Positions 48,025 through 58,438 of a stretch of 64,000 nucleotides of DNA are shown in pieces. Position 1 is the stretch's first letter. Each line of letters opens with the position of its first letter. The DNA is from a virus. Its lineage: Duplodnaviria; Caudoviricetes. Location of the stretch: positions 64,001 to 128,000 of the IMG/VR virus record IMGVR_UViG_3300008740_000001; one strand, written 5' to 3'. The translations under genes and the position numbers were made by a program. The notes beneath the pieces are model-generated. The model saw only the letters and a list, made by a program, of their open reading frames with translations, was not told the origin of the DNA and searched no databases.

Positions 48025-48885
48025 ATGAGTTTTGGATGGGCATATGTAGGATGCGAAGACATAGCGGTTACAAGTCTACTTGGACCCTCCGGGTCCATTC
48101 TTGTCAGAACGGACACGTTTGTCCTCTCCGGTTCGCAGAATTATAAGCTCCTTCAAGAAGAGCCCGGCGAAGATGGCGAAACTCATAGTCACGCCTTATT
48201 ATTAACTGGCTCGTTCAAACAGCTAGGCAATGTTCATCGACTCGGATCCACACATATCACTGGAGCCCTAGGAGTCTCTGGCGATGTGACCGTGCAAGGA
48301 AACATCCATGCGAACTCATATAATGTCGTTAATACATCGATTACCGAAATAGAAGCTGCCGGTTCAAGTAACCTAGGCGACTCATTCGGGGATCTCCACA
48401 CTATAACTGGCTCTCTGGTTGTTGCTGGTCTCGGCACCCAGCGCCCCTCGTTGGTTGTAACGGGCTCTACACTGGGTGACAATGTACCGAGCACAGCTCT
48501 CCAAACTGCTTTTGTTGGTGTCGCGACAAACAGGCCCCCGACAATGTTGGCAGTCAGCGGCAGTTACTCAGTAAACTATGACAAGCTACCAACTAACTGC
48601 TTAGCGGCCACTTTGACGTTAACCAGTTCAATTGTGGGCGTAAACGCAAATTTGGCCGTAGCAGTCACCTTACCTCCAGCTACATCGACTCCCGGCCGGA
48701 TGGTTATTATCAAAGACGAAGCCGGTACCCAGCCGCGCACCACTAGCAACAAGATATCCGTTTTACCCGGCACTTCCAACGGAGTTGCCGACACTATTGA
48801 CGATCAATCTGCATACTACATTATGGGCTCTAGAGCAGCCTTATCGCTCTATTCAGACGGCATCAGTAAATGGTTCGTGTTCTAA
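48025..48885 (+). CDS. Fibre-type protein with shared C-terminal LP...KD(E)...ID domain (286 aa)
   Basis: VTLPPA...GRMVIIKDEAG...TIDD...SLYSDGISKWFVF. Confidence 0.6.
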   Translation: MSFGWAYVGCEDIAVTSLLGPSGSILVRTDTFVLSGSQNYKLLQEEPGEDGETHSHALLLTGSFKQLGNVHRLGSTHITGALGVSGDVTVQGNIHANSYNVVNTSITEIEAAGSSNLGDSFGDLHTITGSLVVAGLGTQRPSLVVTGSTLGDNVPSTALQTAFVGVATNRPPTMLAVSGSYSVNYDKLPTNCLAATLTLTSSIVGVNANLAVAVTLPPATSTPGRMVIIKDEAGTQPRTTSNKISVLPGTSNGVADTIDDQSAYYIMGSRAALSLYSDGISKWFVF

Positions 48886-48908
48886 GCCATGCGTGGAGGG
48901 CACGATAG

Positions 48909-50063
48909 ATGGGATACAATGTATTATCAGGTTCAATTACTTCATACGGCTCAATCCAGATCACTGGCTCATTCAAAGCCATGGGTACGGGAGATCAGGG
49001 ATTCGTCGGAGACGGTTCTTTACTGACGGGTCTGCCCCATACAGAAGTATATTCAATTACAAATGCCAGTACTGATCGTCTCATAACAACGAATGACGGC
49101 AGCGGGAATTCATTCAACGCCGAAGATGGTTTGACATATAGTAGTGCTACGCGCACACTGACTGTAAAAGGTCTCGATGACGTACATGATACAACGATAA
49201 CAGTTGATATTACAGGTTCAAACAAATCTCAACTTCTACACGTAAGATCTAACGCAAACTCAAATATTCTGTTTGTAACGGGTTCTGGCAAAGTTGGTGT
49301 CGGCACCGGTACCCCAATCGCAACACTTGATGTAGCCGGAAAGATAGCGATCTCTGCGGAGAGTAATACTCCTGCTCAGCCGGCCGATGGGAAAGGGTTT
49401 CTATATAGCAAGTCAGACGGCAAACTGTATTGGCGTTCATATGATGTTACGGAAGTCGATTTGACCAGCGGTACTACACCGACTTTTAAGACGCTTGCTG
49501 TGTCGGGACAAGACGATGTAGTGGCCGATAGTACGACCGACACTCTGACTTTGGTTGCAGGAAGCAACATGACAATTACTACAGATGCCGCCGGCGACTC
49601 GATTACTTTTACATCCACCGGAGGAGGTGGCGGAGGCGGCTCTGGCATTTTTACAGAAGTAGACGGTTCAAACGCTTATGTTACTAGCAGTTTGAAGCTC
49701 GGCGGTACCGGCGCGACTAGCCACCAGTTGGCCGTTGTTGGTAGCACTTTACTCCTCGGCGGCATGGTACATAAGAGAGTAAGCAAGACCGCTGATTATA
49801 CGATCACTACGGGAGATTACTATATCGGTGTCGATACGACAGGCGGAACGTTTACGCTAACTTTGCCAGTTGCGAACAATACAGCGGAAGGTCAAACGTT
49901 TATTGTAAAAGATGAAGGAGGCGCCTCGAATACAAATGCTGTGGTGATCCATACTTCTGGCGATGCTGACAAAATTGATGGCGGTGATTCAGTGGTTTTG
50001 GAGTCTCCATACGCCGCTATAGCTATATACAGCGACGGTACATCGCGTTATTATGTGTACTAG
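48909..50063 (+). CDS. Fibre-type protein with shared C-terminal domain (384 aa)
   Basis: GKVGVGTGTPIATLDVAG fibre motif; TLTLP...GQTFIVKDEGG...KIDGGDSVVLESPYAA. Confidence 0.65.
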   Translation: MGYNVLSGSITSYGSIQITGSFKAMGTGDQGFVGDGSLLTGLPHTEVYSITNASTDRLITTNDGSGNSFNAEDGLTYSSATRTLTVKGLDDVHDTTITVDITGSNKSQLLHVRSNANSNILFVTGSGKVGVGTGTPIATLDVAGKIAISAESNTPAQPADGKGFLYSKSDGKLYWRSYDVTEVDLTSGTTPTFKTLAVSGQDDVVADSTTDTLTLVAGSNMTITTDAAGDSITFTSTGGGGGGGSGIFTEVDGSNAYVTSSLKLGGTGATSHQLAVVGSTLLLGGMVHKRVSKTADYTITTGDYYIGVDTTGGTFTLTLPVANNTAEGQTFIVKDEGGASNTNAVVIHTSGDADKIDGGDSVVLESPYAAIAIYSDGTSRYYVY

Positions 50064-50255
50064 TTTTTACAATAGTAGTTCGCTCTTTTAAAAAAAGCCA
50101 TTTTTTTTTCATTTTTTTTGTTTTTTTATTGTGACTAGCCTTTGGACGACTACTTAGAGGTGCTCGTCTGACCGTAATATCATGGCGCTTGCCGTGGTAT
50201 ATAAACAATCTTTTTTATAAAAGAGCTATTAAATCACATATGGAGGGATTAAAAA

Positions 50256-52676
50256 ATGGCTTATAAATTTCAATTAGGATCCGCTGTTCTCAGTGGTTCC
50301 ATTACACAGGAAGGTGACATTACTGGTTCATTCGACCTGTCTATCGCCACAGGTGGTACCATCGGCTGTGCAGCCGATAAAGACCTGATGACGCTCACAG
50401 ACGGCGTTGTCACCGTTGCCGGCGAGGTCTCTATGACCACGCTCGACATTGGTGGCACCAATGTTACGTCCACTGCCACCGAGCTTAACTTGCTCGACGC
50501 AATTACTAGAGGTTCTATCCTTTATGGAAACGCTTCCGGCGCCACGGCCCGGTTGGCAAAAGGTAGCGCGAACACGGTACTTTCATCCGATGGTACTGAC
50601 ATTGCGTACAGTACTGTTAGCAACGACATGCTCGCAGGCTCGATTGGCGCAGGCAAACTCGCAGGTGCTATTCCTGACAGCAAGCTGCAAACGATTGCTA
50701 CTGCAGGCAAAGTGGCACTCACCGCTCTTGAGATCGACGGTGGTACCGACATAAACGGCGCGCTCGCTGATGCAGATTTGATTATTATTGACGACGGTGC
50801 TGGCGGAACCAACAAATACTCTGCAATGTCCAGAGTCAAGACCTATGTGGCTGATCTGACGCTCACAACTGCCGCACAAACCAACATTACTTCTGTTGGC
50901 AACCTCGCCGGCGGCACTATCGCTAGCGGCTTCGGCGCAATCGATAACGGCACCAGCGGCATCACCTCGTCCGGCGTGCTTAAGCAGTCTGCCGACCTCG
51001 CCGCAGCCCCGAGCACTTCTCAGGCCGTCGCAGGTCAAGCAGGCTCAATCACTTTAGGTGTCGGCGCGGATGCTGGTATCGGTGTTCACAATGATCACCT
51101 TTACATTGAGAACAATACTGACACGAAGGATATTATCTTCAGAGTCCACGATGGCACTGATTATGATGACATCTTCTCGGTTGGTGGTATGGGCCTCGAA
51201 GTGGGCGACACCACGCCATTCATCTTCGGTGCATCTGAAGACTTTGCCTTGTCATGGGACGGCAGCGGCGGCGCATTCGTGATGAAAGCAAACGTCGAAG
51301 ATCAGCCTTTCGTAATGGACTGGCAATCCGACCAAGGCGATGACGCTGCGGACGCGTGGAGGTGGAGCATCAACAAAACCTCTGGAGTTATGACACTGGC
51401 CAGCAAGATTGACGGCGACTTCGACGACGTGCTGGTACAGCACACTCCCAATAATACCTTGGCCGATTCGATCAGCGCCTTCGGAGGCTCTGTTACCGTT
51501 GGTAAGGATCTCACCGTGACTGGCAACCTTACTATCAATGGAACAACAACCACTGTCGATACCACAAACATGCTGGTCAAAGATAGTTTGATTGGTTTAA
51601 ACGAAGGTGCCAGTTCTAACGCAAACGACTGCGGATTCATCATTGAACGTGGTTCAACTGGTAACAACGCTGCATTCATTTGGGACGAGTCTGCTGACAA
51701 GTTCACAATGGGCTTAACCACCGATTTGCCGAGCGCCACTGGTGACCTTACCGTCACTGCTGGTACACTTGTTGTAGGTACTTTAGAGGGTGACGTAACT
51801 GGTGATTTGACTGGTACCGTCCAGACCGCTGCACAAACCAACATTACAAGTCTTGGTACACTTACTGCACTTACTGTTGATCAAATTGCTATGGACGGCA
51901 AGGTCATGACCATGACCGGCAACACCGGTGATACTGCAGTCTTTACTGTAGGTACCAACGGCGACCTGAGTATCGTAACGACTGACACGGCCGCAGCCGC
52001 TGCTAACATCGCCATCACCGCAGATGGTACGGCAGAACTTGCTGGCACTACGGTCACCCTGAACTCCGGCGGTGGCGTTACTATTGATGCAGACAACGGA
52101 ACCATCACCTTTGCGGATGGTGGCGTATCTCTGGGAACGATCACATCGTCTGGATACTCCGGTGCTGCCGCTAGCGCGGCAACTGCGACTGTTGCTACAA
52201 CAGTGACAGTTTCAGACAACGAGTCTACAGCTGAGAATAACGCAATTCTCTTTGCCGCTGGCGCAGCCGGTTCTGGTAATGTTGGTGTTGAAGCCGATGC
52301 CGGCGATCTCCACTACAACCCCAGCACTGGTTTGTTGACGGCACCGGTCTTCTCCGGCGCTGTGCTGGCTAGCCTGAATTTTGTTGCTGTGGCTTCGTTG
52401 GGGAACGATTTCGCAAATGCCTACGCTCTGCAAGCCGGTAAGTATAACGTAGTCGATGGCGACCTTGATGCAAATCACTACGTGAAGCTTCCCAGCGGCG
52501 CCGCCGTTGGCGACCTAGTTCATGTTAAGCTGGAAGGAGCCGGCGGGTTCAAACTGTTCATTGAGTCTTATGCAGATGCTGTCAAGATTGATGGAGGCGA
52601 CTCCATTGTTCTCGAATCAGACTATGCTGCGGTCACATTGATTCAGGCTGACACCAACGATTGGCGAGTATTCTAA
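50256..52676 (+). CDS. Fibre protein with shared C-terminal domain (806 aa)
   Basis: TAAQTNITS(V/L)G twice; LTVTGNLTINGTTTTV fibre motif; KIDGGDSIVLESDYAA; SD GGAGG. Confidence 0.7.
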   Translation: MAYKFQLGSAVLSGSITQEGDITGSFDLSIATGGTIGCAADKDLMTLTDGVVTVAGEVSMTTLDIGGTNVTSTATELNLLDAITRGSILYGNASGATARLAKGSANTVLSSDGTDIAYSTVSNDMLAGSIGAGKLAGAIPDSKLQTIATAGKVALTALEIDGGTDINGALADADLIIIDDGAGGTNKYSAMSRVKTYVADLTLTTAAQTNITSVGNLAGGTIASGFGAIDNGTSGITSSGVLKQSADLAAAPSTSQAVAGQAGSITLGVGADAGIGVHNDHLYIENNTDTKDIIFRVHDGTDYDDIFSVGGMGLEVGDTTPFIFGASEDFALSWDGSGGAFVMKANVEDQPFVMDWQSDQGDDAADAWRWSINKTSGVMTLASKIDGDFDDVLVQHTPNNTLADSISAFGGSVTVGKDLTVTGNLTINGTTTTVDTTNMLVKDSLIGLNEGASSNANDCGFIIERGSTGNNAAFIWDESADKFTMGLTTDLPSATGDLTVTAGTLVVGTLEGDVTGDLTGTVQTAAQTNITSLGTLTALTVDQIAMDGKVMTMTGNTGDTAVFTVGTNGDLSIVTTDTAAAAANIAITADGTAELAGTTVTLNSGGGVTIDADNGTITFADGGVSLGTITSSGYSGAAASAATATVATTVTVSDNESTAENNAILFAAGAAGSGNVGVEADAGDLHYNPSTGLLTAPVFSGAVLASLNFVAVASLGNDFANAYALQAGKYNVVDGDLDANHYVKLPSGAAVGDLVHVKLEGAGGFKLFIESYADAVKIDGGDSIVLESDYAAVTLIQADTNDWRVF

Positions 52677-52715
52677 GATACCCTTGGATTCTTACGAATC
52701 TCGACTCTATTTACT

Positions 52716-52750
52716 GGGGGCCCTCTTCGGGGGGCCTCCTTTTTATTTTG
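52716..52750 (+). terminator. Rho-independent terminator
   Basis: 10-bp stem GGGGGCCCTC / GGGGGCCTCC with TTCG tetraloop followed by TTTTTATTTT. Confidence 0.9.
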
Positions 52751-52770
52751 GCGGATTTGTTAACACTCTA

Positions 52771-52779
52771 CTATTTATA
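52771..52779 (+). promoter_or_regulatory. CTATTTATA motif after terminator
   Basis: Lies between terminator 52716-50 and ATG 52813, where re-initiation of transcription would be required. Confidence 0.6.
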
Positions 52780-52812
52780 AAAGAACCTTAGAAGTGTCTT
52801 GGAAGGTATTAA

Positions 52813-55299
52813 ATGTCATATAACTTAATGTCAGGTAGCGTAGAGTTCATCGGTGATACTCTCGGCCAAGTAGAAGATATTGTAAACGTGCACACAGCAC
52901 AGACTATTAGTGGTGCAAAAACGTTTAACAACATCACCGCATCCGGCGGAAACCCGGTTGGGCTCACTGTCGTGGGCCAACTTTCAATAGATCAGGATAT
53001 TATCCACGCCGGCGATAACGATACTAAACTCAATTTTCCCGGCGCCAATGAAGTCCGCCTTTATGCGGGAAATCAGAATTTCCTTCAAGTCAAGGACACT
53101 ACAGGGGTTGATATCAACAAAGCCGCAGATGACACCGGACATTTCACTTGGTGGGCGAAAAGTACTTTTAATTCTAAACAGTTCTATCTAGACGCAGATC
53201 TTGGCACGGTTTCCATCGGAGGTGCCACACCACTAGATGATAGTGTTAAGGTTCATATTTCTGGAAGCGCCGGAGCAGCTGAAGATCCAATTCCGGCCCT
53301 GTTAGCTGTTGGTGACAGAAAACATCCTGTTCTAGCTGTTTCTGGAAATGTGTACGGTCGCGGCGCGAGCGACTGGAAGATCGAGATGTCGGGCGTGTTA
53401 AAGACAAACAGGCCTATTCTGCTCGAAGGCCCAAGTGCCAATCTTGTTTCAGCGGGCCCCATTAGTGCGTCTATTGTACAAGCCAGCCAACTCTCTGGGG
53501 CCCTCAATAATCTTGATTCGCAGTCACTATATTACATGAATGCAGGATCCCCCGGAGCAGAAAAGTATCTAGCAGTGAAACTGGATGCCGATGAGGGTCT
53601 TACCAAAACTGCTTCTGGTCTTGCGCTAGACATCCACAGCATAGCCACAGTGGGCTCTATTAATACGAGCACATCGGGACAAGATTTTATTGCAATTTCG
53701 GATAACGACGATAGCAACTCTATAAAGAAAATGGGCGTTGGTTCTCTTCTCGCCCTCACTATGGATCCTTCAGTAAACAACCTAGGTTCAGGAGGCCAAG
53801 TTGCTAAAACAGTCACAACCCGCGTACCTCAGTTTAGGTCGATTGTCGGCGGAACCGGAATTACTGTTGCGACAAACACTAACGACCTTACTATTAATGC
53901 TGCAGTTGCCGGCGCCGGCGGTGATCATGGAATGGTTACTTATAACTATACCGGCTCTACCACTGGAGCCGCATGGTTACGTTATGATCCTACTCCGAAT
54001 GATCCTACATCAATCTGGGCATCTGGCAATCCCGCGAAAAGCCATGTTCCTGAAGCAGTTAACGGAACTTTTCAAGTTGGTGATTCGGGGTTCTTGACGG
54101 CTTTTACTGGTTCGGTACACGTCACCGGCGCCGCCGCACTGGGCGACAATACCGTCCTTTTCGACGTGTCAAGCAACACGGTGCCTTCAATATTCTTTGT
54201 GAGCGCCTCTTCCAACGCTGGATACGTCGGGATTGGCGGGGATGGTCTCCATGTACCGGCCCACACTCTTTCTGTAAAAGGTAATGTTAATGTCACAAGC
54301 TTTGTGTCCGCCTCCGGCTTCTCTGGCGATGGATCGAACCTTGCAAACGTTCCCATCACGCCCGCAGGCCCAGCCAATGCGCTGCAGCTAAACCAATCTG
54401 GCAGCATCGGAGGATCCGGCGATCTTCTGTTGAAAAGGACAGAGACTCCAGCCCAGAGCGAGATGAGTCTAATAGGTAATTTGACTTGTACAAGTTTCGT
54501 TTCAGCCTCTGGTTTCGCCGGCGATGGTTCAAACATCACAGGCCTACCCGCGTCTGTCGCTGGTCCGCATAACTCAATTCAGGTTAATCGCAGCGGTTCT
54601 CTCCATGGCGATCCCATGTTTAAGGCTATAGCTGCAACTGCACCCGGCGGTGGCGACGAGGTTAGATTGTTCCTTACGGGTACCCTTACAGCCACAGAGG
54701 TTTCTTCTTCTGGAGGATTCAAAGCTGGTGGTTTCGGCGGGAATAACGCTTCTTATGACTTGTATAATTTGGGCGGGGCCAAGATTGCCGATCTTAGACT
54801 TTGGGACGGCGCCGCCCTGACTCTTTATGATTCCGGCAACGCGAGAGCACAACTGGCAATCGGCATGGAGAGCGACGGCCAGCTACAACTAAAAACTCAA
54901 GGTGGTCAAACTTACTTCCATGCATCAGAAATGGACACCATAATCAGCGGAAGCGCCATCCGGCTTCAAGGCGCCGTCCATGTGAATTCGAGCATCAAAA
55001 CTGCCAATTATATCCTTGATGTAGAAGATCGAGTGGTAATCTTTAATTCACCGCATGGCCTCACCGCCTCCTTGCCAAAAATCACAGCGGAAAATGTCGG
55101 AGTTGTATATACTATCAAGAATATTAATACGGGCGCCGTTAAGATAACCGGAAGTGGTGATCCGCCTCTTGGTCCACAGAATATTGACGGAAATGAGTAC
55201 GTAACAATTCCCCAGACATCAGGGATGGGCAAATACAGGACCGTAACGGCTGTTGATACGGGAGCGGACTACGATTGGATCATCATTGGCGAGAACTAA
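52813..55299 (+). CDS. Fibre-type protein with shared C-terminal domain (828 aa)
   Basis: HTAQTISGAKTF, FVSASGF.GDGSN(L/I) twice, TASLP...GVVYTIKN...NIDG. Confidence 0.65.
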   Translation: MSYNLMSGSVEFIGDTLGQVEDIVNVHTAQTISGAKTFNNITASGGNPVGLTVVGQLSIDQDIIHAGDNDTKLNFPGANEVRLYAGNQNFLQVKDTTGVDINKAADDTGHFTWWAKSTFNSKQFYLDADLGTVSIGGATPLDDSVKVHISGSAGAAEDPIPALLAVGDRKHPVLAVSGNVYGRGASDWKIEMSGVLKTNRPILLEGPSANLVSAGPISASIVQASQLSGALNNLDSQSLYYMNAGSPGAEKYLAVKLDADEGLTKTASGLALDIHSIATVGSINTSTSGQDFIAISDNDDSNSIKKMGVGSLLALTMDPSVNNLGSGGQVAKTVTTRVPQFRSIVGGTGITVATNTNDLTINAAVAGAGGDHGMVTYNYTGSTTGAAWLRYDPTPNDPTSIWASGNPAKSHVPEAVNGTFQVGDSGFLTAFTGSVHVTGAAALGDNTVLFDVSSNTVPSIFFVSASSNAGYVGIGGDGLHVPAHTLSVKGNVNVTSFVSASGFSGDGSNLANVPITPAGPANALQLNQSGSIGGSGDLLLKRTETPAQSEMSLIGNLTCTSFVSASGFAGDGSNITGLPASVAGPHNSIQVNRSGSLHGDPMFKAIAATAPGGGDEVRLFLTGTLTATEVSSSGGFKAGGFGGNNASYDLYNLGGAKIADLRLWDGAALTLYDSGNARAQLAIGMESDGQLQLKTQGGQTYFHASEMDTIISGSAIRLQGAVHVNSSIKTANYILDVEDRVVIFNSPHGLTASLPKITAENVGVVYTIKNINTGAVKITGSGDPPLGPQNIDGNEYVTIPQTSGMGKYRTVTAVDTGADYDWIIIGEN

Positions 55300-55336
55300 A
55301 ACATAGTGCAAAAATGTCATTTACAGTTTTTACTTA

Positions 55337-55343
55337 CTATTTA
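55337..55343 (+). promoter_or_regulatory. CTATTTA motif before scaffold/MCP
   Basis: Intergenic TACTATTTAAAA. Confidence 0.55.
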
Positions 55344-55383
55344 AAAGATGAAGAAATCTAATTTTGTTACTAGGAGTATTTGA

Positions 55384-56433
55384 ATGTCTTCGTTGTTAGA
55401 ACAGGCTATTATAGACGCTACCGCGCTTAAAGAGGCGGCCTTAAAAAATGCCGAAACGGCTGTGTTGGAAAAGTATGCCCCCGAAGTCAAGAAGGCTGTC
55501 GAGTCCCTCTTGGAGCAAGAGGTTGATCCGATGGCAGATCCAATGGCTATGGGTGCACCTCCGGCCGACATGGGAATGGAGACAGATGTTGACGCGCCCT
55601 TAGCAGCTACAGATGGAGAAGAGATGTGCCCATGCCCCGATGACGGTGAAGAGCAGGAGATTGAAGTGAACTTTGCAGAACTTGAAAAGATGATTTCTGG
55701 AGATCAGGAGCCGGCCGAAGATCAGCAAGATCTGGCTGCTGCAATTCCGGTCCAAGAAGAAATTGAACTCTCCGAAGATGTTCTTGATGCCCTGCTCAGC
55801 GAGGTAGGCAACGATTGTACAGCAGAAAACGACGACGGACAGGAACAAGAGGAACTTGAAGAGTCAGACGCGTCAGACGAAAACCTCGAAGAGTCCCTAG
55901 AAGACATCATAGAAAAGATGGTTGTCGACATGGCCTCCAGAAAAACTGGTTGGCTAGGCGCAGCCGAAGGCGAAATTGCACACGAAGCTGAGCTTGAGTT
56001 AGCTCGTCGCCAATCCACAGAATTTAAAGAAGAGAACGCAGCGCTCAAGAAGGCAGTTGCAGATTTGCAGGAAAAGCTTACTAAGTATGAAGCCACGTTC
56101 TCTCAAGTGAAAACCAAATTAGAAGAAACCAATCTTACAAACGCAAGATTATTATACGCGAACCGTATTTTGAACAGCAGCTCCTTGAATGAGCGGCAAA
56201 AGAACAAAATTGTTGAAGCTATTTCAAAGGCAGGTTCAGTTAAAGAAGCAAAGGTTATTTATGAGACCCTTCAAGACACAGTGGGTTCTGCGCCGGATCG
56301 ACGCGGACCACAATCACTGCGTGAGGCAGTCACCAGACCTTCTTCTATAATGTCTCTTCGGGAAAACCGAAACAGGCAAAATTCTGATCCACAAGCTGAG
56401 AGAATGCAAATTCTCGCAGGAATTAAAAAATAA
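55384..56433 (+). CDS. Prohead core scaffold protein (T4 gp22-like)
   Basis: Very acidic, coiled-coil, immediately upstream of MCP; C-terminal RMQILAGIKK; SD AGGAG. Confidence 0.75.
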   Translation: MSSLLEQAIIDATALKEAALKNAETAVLEKYAPEVKKAVESLLEQEVDPMADPMAMGAPPADMGMETDVDAPLAATDGEEMCPCPDDGEEQEIEVNFAELEKMISGDQEPAEDQQDLAAAIPVQEEIELSEDVLDALLSEVGNDCTAENDDGQEQEELEESDASDENLEESLEDIIEKMVVDMASRKTGWLGAAEGEIAHEAELELARRQSTEFKEENAALKKAVADLQEKLTKYEATFSQVKTKLEETNLTNARLLYANRILNSSSLNERQKNKIVEAISKAGSVKEAKVIYETLQDTVGSAPDRRGPQSLREAVTRPSSIMSLRENRNRQNSDPQAERMQILAGIKK

Positions 56434-56459
56434 CATAACATTCAAGGAGAAAATTAATA

Positions 56460-58304
56460 ATGTCTATTTTAACAAAATTAACTGAAGGCATCGTTGATCG
56501 TGATCTCTCTAAAGAATCGCACGCACTTCTGACGAAGTGGGAGCGTACTGGTCTTCTTGAAGGTTTGACCGATGACCGTTCGCGGTCGTCGATGGCCCGC
56601 TTGCTTGAGAACCAAGCCAAAGAGTTACTTCGTGAGGCATCTGCTATGTCCGCAGGTGACGTTGAAGGTTTTGCCGCTGTGGCATTCCCCATCGTCCGAC
56701 GCGTATTTGCAGGTCTGATCGCTAACGATTTGGTTTCAGTTCAGCCAATGAGCTTGCCATCCGGTCTCATCTTCTTCTTAGACTTTAAGTTCAGCCCCAA
56801 CATCTCAGATGCGAACGATCTTTCTACAGATACGCGAATCACCGGTATGTTCGGTCAAACTAACGATAAGTCCATTTATGGTACTGATCAGGTCGGTAGC
56901 CAGATTACTGGTGGTGTCGATCTAGTCGGATCTCAAGGTGAAGACCTTAGTGGTCCGCGCACGACGGTAGGTTACGCTTATGGCGCATCCTCCGGTTCGT
57001 GTACGCTTCCCAATGGAACGGCAGCTGCTTCGCACATGCGTGCATCTTTCGGTATTTCCACTTCCACGGAAGCTCAGAAGAAGCTGGTTCTTTATGATCC
57101 AGACCTTATGGCCCTTTCCGGCTCTAGTACTGCGCGTGGCGTTGCTATTATCTCGGTTGCCAAGGCCAGTCTTACCGGTTCTAATGGTATTTCTGCTGAC
57201 TTTGACAACTTAGGTGCAATCAGTCTGCATGGTATCTCTAGTGTTACCGGTCTCGGTTCGGGCGCTAAGCTCGTCCGTCGCCTCACCCGTCCAGATCCAG
57301 ATCAGAAGGATCGTATTCTGTTCACCATTGTTGGTGCTTCTGGTTCTAGCGGTGTTTACGTCAACGGCTCCCCCGCCGCCGGCGTGCAGGTTGCGGCCTC
57401 CGGTGCTGTTGTTGCTGGTACAGCAATGACTGCTCGTTTCCCGATCAAGGATAACCTTACGTCGTCTACGGCGCTTGGTTCCGTTGTCGGTGCAACTCCG
57501 TGGGGACTTGAGAACGAGGCCTCGATCCCTGAGATCGACATTCAGGTGGACAGTATTGCTGTTACCGCGCAGACCAAGAAGCTCAAGGCTAAGTGGACGC
57601 CAGAGTTGGGACAGGATCTTAATGCCTATCACAACCTTGACGCCGAAGTCGAGCTTACCAGCATTCTCTCTGAGCAGATCGCTCTTGAGATTGATCGCGA
57701 GATCCTTGCTGACTTGATCCGTGGCGCCAGCGCTGCTACCTACTACTGGTCCCGTTCCCCGGGCATGTTCCTTAACAGGACTTCCGGTCAAGAGGTTGGT
57801 GCTAGCTCTGCTGCTCCTGACTTCACGGGTACAGTGTCTGAATGGTATGAGACTCTTGTCGAGACCGTTAATGATGTGTCTGCACAGATCCACCGTAAGA
57901 CTCTACGGGGTGGAGCAAACTTCTTGGTGACTTCACCAGAGGTTGCAAACATCCTTGAGTTCACCGCTGGGTTCCGCGCTAGCGTGACTGCAGATGATGA
58001 TCGTGGCACCGTTGGTGCTGTCAAGGTTGGTTCCTTGAGCAAGAAGTGGGATGTCCATGTTGACCCCTACTTCCCACGTAACGTCGTCTTGGTTGGTCGT
58101 CGTGGCGGTAGCTTCCTCGAAAGTGGCTACGTTTACGCCCCATACGTCCCGCTGCAGGTCACTCCTACCATCTTTGGCCCCGAAGACTTCGTGCCCCGTA
58201 AGGGCGTGATGACTCGTTATGCCAAGAAGATGGTTAGACCAGATATGTATGGTCTAGTCGTGGTTCGTGGCTTGGTTGGTGAGTCTGGTCAGAAGACTAG
58301 TTAA
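56460..58304 (+). CDS. Major capsid protein (T4 gp23-like)
   Basis: KWERTGLLEGL, VQPMSLPSGLIFFLDF, KLKAKWTPELGQDLNAYHNLDAE.EL..ILSEQIALEIDREI, GYVYAPYVPL, GVMTRYAK. Confidence 0.97.
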   Translation: MSILTKLTEGIVDRDLSKESHALLTKWERTGLLEGLTDDRSRSSMARLLENQAKELLREASAMSAGDVEGFAAVAFPIVRRVFAGLIANDLVSVQPMSLPSGLIFFLDFKFSPNISDANDLSTDTRITGMFGQTNDKSIYGTDQVGSQITGGVDLVGSQGEDLSGPRTTVGYAYGASSGSCTLPNGTAAASHMRASFGISTSTEAQKKLVLYDPDLMALSGSSTARGVAIISVAKASLTGSNGISADFDNLGAISLHGISSVTGLGSGAKLVRRLTRPDPDQKDRILFTIVGASGSSGVYVNGSPAAGVQVAASGAVVAGTAMTARFPIKDNLTSSTALGSVVGATPWGLENEASIPEIDIQVDSIAVTAQTKKLKAKWTPELGQDLNAYHNLDAEVELTSILSEQIALEIDREILADLIRGASAATYYWSRSPGMFLNRTSGQEVGASSAAPDFTGTVSEWYETLVETVNDVSAQIHRKTLRGGANFLVTSPEVANILEFTAGFRASVTADDDRGTVGAVKVGSLSKKWDVHVDPYFPRNVVLVGRRGGSFLESGYVYAPYVPLQVTPTIFGPEDFVPRKGVMTRYAKKMVRPDMYGLVVVRGLVGESGQKTS

Positions 58305-58329
58305 TAACTCTAGCCAATAGCGATAAAGT

Positions 58330-58368
58330 AAAGCCCTCTTCCAGAATTCTGGGAGGGGGCTTTCTTTG
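58330..58368 (+). terminator. Rho-independent terminator after MCP
   Basis: 15-bp stem AAAGCCCTCTTCCAG-AATT-CTGGGAGGGGGCTTT (with G-U pairs) followed by CTTTG. Confidence 0.85.
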
Positions 58369-58438
58369 TAAAAACACCGATCTGCCAAAAAATACCGCCG
58401 GCAATTTTTTGAGATTTTTGGTTTTGTGAATTTTCAAA

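Noticed and set aside
44803-55299. Diversity-generating retroelement target/template repeats in fibre genes
   Set aside because: Repeat differences are at synonymous third positions rather than adenine-specific, and no reverse transcriptase is in the window.
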